From a virus (Duplodnaviria > Heunggongvirae > Uroviricota > Caudoviricetes): a DNA stretch of 64,000 nucleotides. A model generated the notes under the pieces. The model made no database searches. It was not told the DNA's origin and saw only the letters and a program-made list of their open reading frames with translations. The DNA is taken from the IMG/VR virus record IMGVR_UViG_3300023174_000034. The stretch is one strand, 5' to 3'. The position numbers were made by a program, and so were the translations under genes. This document shows, one piece after another, positions 58,985 through 64,000 of this stretch. The stretch's first letter is position 1; each line of letters starts with the position of its first letter.

Positions 58985-61612
58985 ATGAGTAAGCATGACA
59001 ACATTTACAGTATTCTTGGCAAGTTAGCCTCGCTGGAACCACAGCCTCCCAAGCAACAGAATATTCTCAAACAACTGAACGAAAGCGCAGTTGTTGCCAC
59101 CAATCCACTTTCACTGAAAGACCGCCTGGCACAAAAGCTGGCTGAAACAAAAGAAGTCGACGAAGACATGCTGGCTCCTAAACAGAAAAAGCTGGACAAA
59201 AATGACAATGGCAAGATTGATGCCAATGACCTAGCCGCACTACGTGCCGGCAAAACCAAAGAAAAAGAAGGCAACGAATTCTCAGGTGAATTAGCCAAAG
59301 CCAAAGCTCAGCACAAAGACAGTTTTAGTGTTGATGGTAAAACTTATCCTGTTAAAGAAGCTGAAGAGCACACAATGAGTCGTGCTGCCAAAGGTTATGA
59401 AAAGTATGGCAAAGAAGGCATGCAAGCATTAGCTAAGGCAGGTAAAGAAGGCAAAGACCTTGACAAGGTCAGAGACAAGTACAACAAATACAAAGACGAC
59501 GTCAACGAAGGTGAATACCAAGACGGCCCTAACAAGAGTGATGTTCCTGCTTTCCAACGCAAAGCCAAAGCCGCTCCTGGCGACGACAGCTGGAAGACAT
59601 CACAACAAGACCTAGACGACGAAGCCAGCAAGAGCCCAACCGGTGCCGCAGGTTTGGCCAAAGCCAAAGCACGACTAGGTATGAATGAGGCAATTGATTT
59701 TGATAAAGTATTAGATGCTATTGCCGCGTTGTATGGTGAAGACATGTGGGAAAATGATGCCATGCAAGATCTAGCCCAAGAGCTTGAGCAAGCAGGTCCA
59801 ACTGATAAAGAATTGGATTTTATTATTGCCAAAGGTAAGTTGCCAAAGCGTCTGGCTGGTATTCAATTCTCTGCAGGCGATAGTGTGCAGTTTGGCGAAG
59901 GCGGAATGCGTGAAGAACAGTACGACGAGAATAATGCACATTCATCATTACCGGGCACACGTCGGGTATCTGATGAAGAGCACAGTGAGTATGATGCAGC
60001 CGCACACACAGTTCGTAAGTGGATGCGTAAGCGTGGTTGGGATCCAAAGTCAGAATTCAAACCAGCAATGAAATATATCATTGACAATCTTGACGCTACA
60101 CACGACGACACACTAACTGATGATGTCAAGATGGCAGCTTGCACCTGCCGCAAGCATCATGGCGGAATTGTTGACGAAGGGTGGGACGACATGATGAAGT
60201 CTGTCAAAGACCGTTCTGAACAAGGCACAGGTAAGTTTGATGTACAAAAAACATCAACAGGCACACGCTACACACGCAAGCCAGAAACATTTGACAGTGG
60301 TGACGATGATGGCGAAGAAAAAAGCACAAGCGACGGTCCTAAGAAAAAAGGTCGTCCTGCTAAAGCCAAAGCACCAGAGCGTACAACAAGCAAAGCATGG
60401 AAACACAAAGGTGCCCGTGTAACAGAAGCAATCAATCTAGAAACATACGTAGAAGATACCATGGCAGAAATTGAAGCATTGTTCATTATCGAAAAAGATA
60501 TGGGCAAGCACAACAATGCTACCACAGGATTCAAGGCACTCGCAAAAAAAGCGGGCGGCGGTGAAAAGGGCCAACGAATCGCCGGCGCACAATTTCAGAA
60601 AATGAAAAAGGCCGGACAGTTAGAAGAAGCAGTGTTAACTGAAAGCACATTACAATCTATTGTGCGTAAGTTTGGTAAAGAAGTACGTGAGTTTGCAGAA
60701 GGTGGCGATTTTGATCAAGACCTGTTTGAAGCATTGTATGACTACTACTTTGATGACATGCCATATGGTGTGAAGAAAGCACGTGACGGAGATCCATATG
60801 AATGGGTGGCTGATCACTTCCATGACGCTATTCAAAGTGGCGACGTAGAAATCAACGAAACAAAAGTAGGTCATAAAGATCTAGACGAACTTGCCGCATT
60901 GGCAGGTATCGGTGGCAAACAACAAATGGAATCAAGTTGCAACATGACAGCAGAAGGCCAAATGTGTCCGGAACACGGCATGGTTGAATGCGGCGGCATG
61001 ATGTATGAAGGCGAAGAAAAGCCAGACTTCTTGGATGTTGACAAAGACGATGATAAAGAAGAGCCAATGAAAAAAGCCATTGGCGACAAGTGGAAGCCAG
61101 CTAAAACCTCCAACGCATTCACGCAGACAGCACCTTATCCGTCCTTCAAGAAAAAGAATCCAGTTAGTAACAAAAAAGAAGAACTTGAAGAATGTGGCAT
61201 GCCCCCAATGGGCGGTATGGTGGGCACTGAAGAAGCAGAGTCTGGAATGAGCATCAATACTAGCATGGATACCAAGACTGGTCGTAAGACTGTTACTGTA
61301 ACAGCCGATGGTGAAGCTGCCGAAGAACTAGCATCTATGCTACGCATGGCTGGTATGGGTGGCGCACAGTCTCAACCACAGCAGAAACACATTGATGTGG
61401 TTATTGGTCGCCCAGGTGGCCAAGAAGTTGACGAAGAATATGCCAATGAACCTAATGTTCAAAACGGATCAACTCGTGCTATCATGCAACAAGGCAATGA
61501 CTTGAACAAACCAAAGTCCATGTACAAGCACAACTACAGAGGTGGCGACAATCCAATGTCAATGAAAGAAGACAAGTTGTTCAAATTATATGATGCAATG
61601 AAATCCAGGTAA
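58985..61612 (+). CDS. modular internal head polyprotein-like protein
   Basis: 875 aa, highly charged, short modules punctuated by [LVIM]-x-E sites; includes EF-hand-like LDKNDNGKIDAND and LDVDKDDDKEE. Confidence 0.6.
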   Translation: MSKHDNIYSILGKLASLEPQPPKQQNILKQLNESAVVATNPLSLKDRLAQKLAETKEVDEDMLAPKQKKLDKNDNGKIDANDLAALRAGKTKEKEGNEFSGELAKAKAQHKDSFSVDGKTYPVKEAEEHTMSRAAKGYEKYGKEGMQALAKAGKEGKDLDKVRDKYNKYKDDVNEGEYQDGPNKSDVPAFQRKAKAAPGDDSWKTSQQDLDDEASKSPTGAAGLAKAKARLGMNEAIDFDKVLDAIAALYGEDMWENDAMQDLAQELEQAGPTDKELDFIIAKGKLPKRLAGIQFSAGDSVQFGEGGMREEQYDENNAHSSLPGTRRVSDEEHSEYDAAAHTVRKWMRKRGWDPKSEFKPAMKYIIDNLDATHDDTLTDDVKMAACTCRKHHGGIVDEGWDDMMKSVKDRSEQGTGKFDVQKTSTGTRYTRKPETFDSGDDDGEEKSTSDGPKKKGRPAKAKAPERTTSKAWKHKGARVTEAINLETYVEDTMAEIEALFIIEKDMGKHNNATTGFKALAKKAGGGEKGQRIAGAQFQKMKKAGQLEEAVLTESTLQSIVRKFGKEVREFAEGGDFDQDLFEALYDYYFDDMPYGVKKARDGDPYEWVADHFHDAIQSGDVEINETKVGHKDLDELAALAGIGGKQQMESSCNMTAEGQMCPEHGMVECGGMMYEGEEKPDFLDVDKDDDKEEPMKKAIGDKWKPAKTSNAFTQTAPYPSFKKKNPVSNKKEELEECGMPPMGGMVGTEEAESGMSINTSMDTKTGRKTVTVTADGEAAEELASMLRMAGMGGAQSQPQQKHIDVVIGRPGGQEVDEEYANEPNVQNGSTRAIMQQGNDLNKPKSMYKHNYRGGDNPMSMKEDKLFKLYDAMKSR

Positions 61613-61631
61613 TTCAAAACTACTGCCAAAC

Positions 61632-61666
61632 AAAGCCCTTGATAAGTAATTACTCAAGGGCTTTTT
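61632..61666 (+). terminator. terminator hairpin with TAAGTA late-box variant in the loop, abutting the next start codon
   Basis: AAAGCCCTTGA-TAAGTAATTAC-TCAAGGGCTTTTT, then C and ATG. Confidence 0.75.
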
Positions 61667-61667
61667 C

Positions 61668-62564
61668 ATGAAACGTTATCAATTTTTCAAAATGTTACTA
61701 CAGGTATCATACAGTTGCAACATGAGTTGCAAGGGCTGTGTGACTGTGAGCGACATTCCACGCGACGGTGTACAGGACTATGACGAAGTAGTACAGTCAA
61801 TTGAAGAATGGAGCAAAGTACTCGAGCCAGAATGGGTAATGATATTTGGCGGTGAACCACTCATGCACCCGCGTATCAAAGACATCACTAGACAAGTTCG
61901 CAAGCACTGGCCTAACGCACGTATTAGTATTCCTACCAATGGACTATTGCTACGCCGTATAATGGATACAGATTGGATAACAGAAGTACAGCCATTGGAA
62001 GTGCGAGTGAGCCTGCACAAGGACGACAAAGAAGGACGATTTTTCAAAGGGTTGATCTCAGACTTTATGGAAATGTATACTGGGTGGAAACCAAACACTC
62101 GCCCTATAGGAGAAGCAGGATTACAACCCGGAGAAGGAATTGAATTTAAGTTTAATTTTATACACGACTCTGGACTTAGTATTGCAGTTAGTCAAAACGA
62201 AGAATATATCGTTCCTTATACATTTGATGAATACGGAAACAAAGCACCTTTTGCCAGCGACCCAGTCAAAGCACAAAAACGTTGTGTGAGTCCTGAGCTG
62301 GTGTTTATATACAAAAATCTGTTATGGAAGTGCATACCTTACCCAAATCTCAAAGACACTGAGTCAGACTTTACAACCAAATGGCCAGAGTATGTTCCTT
62401 ACCGACCAACTGACGACCTTACTAAGTTTTTCTATAACGTAACACGAGCTGAATCAGTGTGCAGTATGTGCCCAGAGTCCGGAACAATGATGCACAACGA
62501 TCCAAGTGTGGTTAAAATTTTACCTAAATCAAAATGGATTGAAGCACAAATCAAGGCTAAATAA
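61668..62564 (+). CDS. radical SAM enzyme with C-terminal Cys cluster (Twitch/SPASM-like)
   Basis: CNMSCKGC (CxxxCxxC), FGGEPLMHP, PTNGLLL, distal C...KC...CSMC. Confidence 0.9.
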   Translation: MKRYQFFKMLLQVSYSCNMSCKGCVTVSDIPRDGVQDYDEVVQSIEEWSKVLEPEWVMIFGGEPLMHPRIKDITRQVRKHWPNARISIPTNGLLLRRIMDTDWITEVQPLEVRVSLHKDDKEGRFFKGLISDFMEMYTGWKPNTRPIGEAGLQPGEGIEFKFNFIHDSGLSIAVSQNEEYIVPYTFDEYGNKAPFASDPVKAQKRCVSPELVFIYKNLLWKCIPYPNLKDTESDFTTKWPEYVPYRPTDDLTKFFYNVTRAESVCSMCPESGTMMHNDPSVVKILPKSKWIEAQIKAK

Positions 62565-62583
62565 TCGATAACGGAGAGTTTCA

Positions 62584-63402
62584 ATGAAGAAGTTACTATC
62601 GATTTTAGCAATCACATTATTCGCGACCGCGGCCCAAGCCTGGGAACAATGGCCGCCAAAAGCACCTGCTCAGTGTCAAGCACAAGCACCCTACGGTTTC
62701 CCACAAACCAAAAAGCCTGGCGTGGCAATCTGCCGCCATGCTTACCTCACACTAAATGATCCGGCTGCACGTATTCCAGTCTGGGTCAGTTACACACTAA
62801 CACCACAAAACGCACTAGGTTGCGTGGCACGTTCAAATGGTTTTGCACCAGACCAAAGCATTCCTAAAGGGCAACGTGCTGAGTTGAGCGACTATGCCAA
62901 GTCAGGTTATGACATTGGTCACGTGGCTCCTAACGGCGACATGAGTTTCGATGACCGTGCGGAGAAAGAAAGTTTTTTGTTAACAAACATGTACCCACAA
63001 CTTCCTGGTTTCAATCGTGGCATTTGGAAGTTACTGGAGACTGCAACCCGTGGATGGGCAGTACAACGCGGACACACCCTTGTGGTGTACGTTGGAGCTA
63101 TATATGGCGCTGGTGACAAAACCATTGGCGATAACAAAGTTGTAGTACCGCACATGTTTTATAAAATTGTAACAGACACTGTCACAGGTGAAGTCATGGC
63201 TTTTGCTTTCAAGCACGAAGGTGGTCAAGGCAACGATCTAGTCCCCATGCGTGTTAGTTTAGACGCTGTTGAAAAAGCATCAGGTGTGGCATTTGCATTC
63301 CCTGCCAACGCCAAAGAAGTACCAGGCGGTCAAATTTGGCCTGTGGACTACGGTGCATTGACCAATGCCAAACGTGCCAAGTGCAAAGGCACCGCTGAAT
63401 GA
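62584..63402 (+). CDS. secreted DNA/RNA non-specific endonuclease (NucA/EndoG family)
   Basis: Sec signal MKKLLSILAITLFATAAQA; YAKSGYDIGHVAP, ESFLLTNMYPQ..GFNRGIWKLLE, VPHMFYKIV; TAAATA at 62558. Confidence 0.92.
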   Translation: MKKLLSILAITLFATAAQAWEQWPPKAPAQCQAQAPYGFPQTKKPGVAICRHAYLTLNDPAARIPVWVSYTLTPQNALGCVARSNGFAPDQSIPKGQRAELSDYAKSGYDIGHVAPNGDMSFDDRAEKESFLLTNMYPQLPGFNRGIWKLLETATRGWAVQRGHTLVVYVGAIYGAGDKTIGDNKVVVPHMFYKIVTDTVTGEVMAFAFKHEGGQGNDLVPMRVSLDAVEKASGVAFAFPANAKEVPGGQIWPVDYGALTNAKRAKCKGTAE

Positions 63403-63593
63403 ACAAGCCGGACTTTTACTACTATGCTGAAAGTGAATGGGATCGCCTAGGATGCGGCCCATTGCCTGACGCTCGTAAGCGCCCAGAGCCTTTATCTAAA
63501 GAATCAAAGTTTTTAGGCAAGGAAGAAAAGTACTTGGTATATCCTGAACCAACTGGATATGATCTTCCTGTAAATCCTTACGGACAACACTAA
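63399..63593 (+). CDS. hypothetical protein
   Basis: 64 aa, ATGA-coupled to the nuclease gene. Confidence 0.55.
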   Translation: MNKPDFYYYAESEWDRLGCGPLPDARKRPEPLSKESKFLGKEEKYLVYPEPTGYDLPVNPYGQH

Positions 63594-63841
63594 TGAAGCA
63601 ACGTGTTTTTACTAGGTCAGACTTTGGCTTATCTGAAAACGAAACAGGTGAAGAGGATGCTGTGCTGGATCCTAATGATCCTATTTTCCAAATTGCGCGA
63701 GGCGAAGAACCCAAACGTGACTACTCACAGCTAGTGGCATGGCAAAAAGATAATCCACAAAATAACAAAGCTCTTTACATGAAAGAGAATAATATCAAAC
63801 CAGGTACCCCTGCGTGGTTTGCTTTATGGTTTGGCCGATAA
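63593..63841 (+). CDS. hypothetical protein
   Basis: 82 aa, TAATG-coupled; C-terminal NIKPGTPAWF.LWF. Confidence 0.65.
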   Translation: MKQRVFTRSDFGLSENETGEEDAVLDPNDPIFQIARGEEPKRDYSQLVAWQKDNPQNNKALYMKENNIKPGTPAWFALWFGR

Positions 63842-64000
63842 GTTTATAAAGTCACGAATCTTAATTGTGTTTACAAGTGTTGTTGAATTGTAAAGTTTGT
63901 TGTCGGCTAGCACATAAAAGGGCATTACACCATATTTGTCTAGTAACTTTCTAAATTTCTCACCATCACGCTGGGCTCGATCCCACATGTGAGGCCTAAG
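63824..64000 (-). CDS. 3' end of a minus-strand gene (truncated by the window)
   Basis: Open frame from 64000: LRPHMWDRAQRDGEKFRKLLDKYGVMPFYVLADNKLYNSTTLVNTIKIRDFINLSAKP*. Confidence 0.5.
   Translation of the reverse strand, partial: LRPHMWDRAQRDGEKFRKLLDKYGVMPFYVLADNKLYNSTTLVNTIKIRDFINLSAKP

Noticed and set aside
1-64000. Stop-codon reassignment, introns, inteins or tRNA genes
   Set aside because: Core genes are full length in the standard code and TAA, TAG and TGA all end genes. I saw no interrupted core genes or intein motifs, and no intergenic gap shows a cloverleaf.

Overview
This is 64 kb of a large T4-like (Tevenvirinae-related) myophage genome in the standard genetic code, covering most of the virion morphogenesis region. 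It starts with a gp26-like baseplate hub gene (partial, minus strand), a tape-measure-like gene, portal gp20, core/scaffold genes, protease gp21, scaffold gp22 and major capsid gp23. A ~31 kb block of fibre/adhesin-like genes follows, including a 5467-aa protein with 25 copies of a 'GDxWY...DG...YWxD' module. Next come neck/tail-completion genes (gp14 and gp15 inverted relative to gp13), an enlarged sheath gp18, tube gp19, a gp48/54-like gene, gp4, a probable small terminase and capsid-targeted internal proteins. Interspersed accessory genes encode a SAM methyltransferase, a CstII/Maf-like glycosyltransferase, a Nudix hydrolase, dNMP kinase, an HNH/Zn-finger protein, a radical SAM enzyme and a secreted non-specific nuclease. 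Regulation is readable: a TAAATA late-promoter box precedes most late genes, and several near-perfect sigma70 promoters mark early islands. The best candidates for undescribed biology are: (1) a self-contained ~68-nt sigma70-driven small RNA whose seed is complementary to the major capsid gene ribosome-binding site; (2) recurrent hairpins that fuse terminator, promoter and RBS, plus leaderless late mRNAs; (3) a giant modular fibre with an apparent plug-and-socket code between consecutive genes and an adjacent glycosyltransferase; (4) protease-cleavable internal-head polyproteins. All function calls come from motif recognition by eye; no database search was run.
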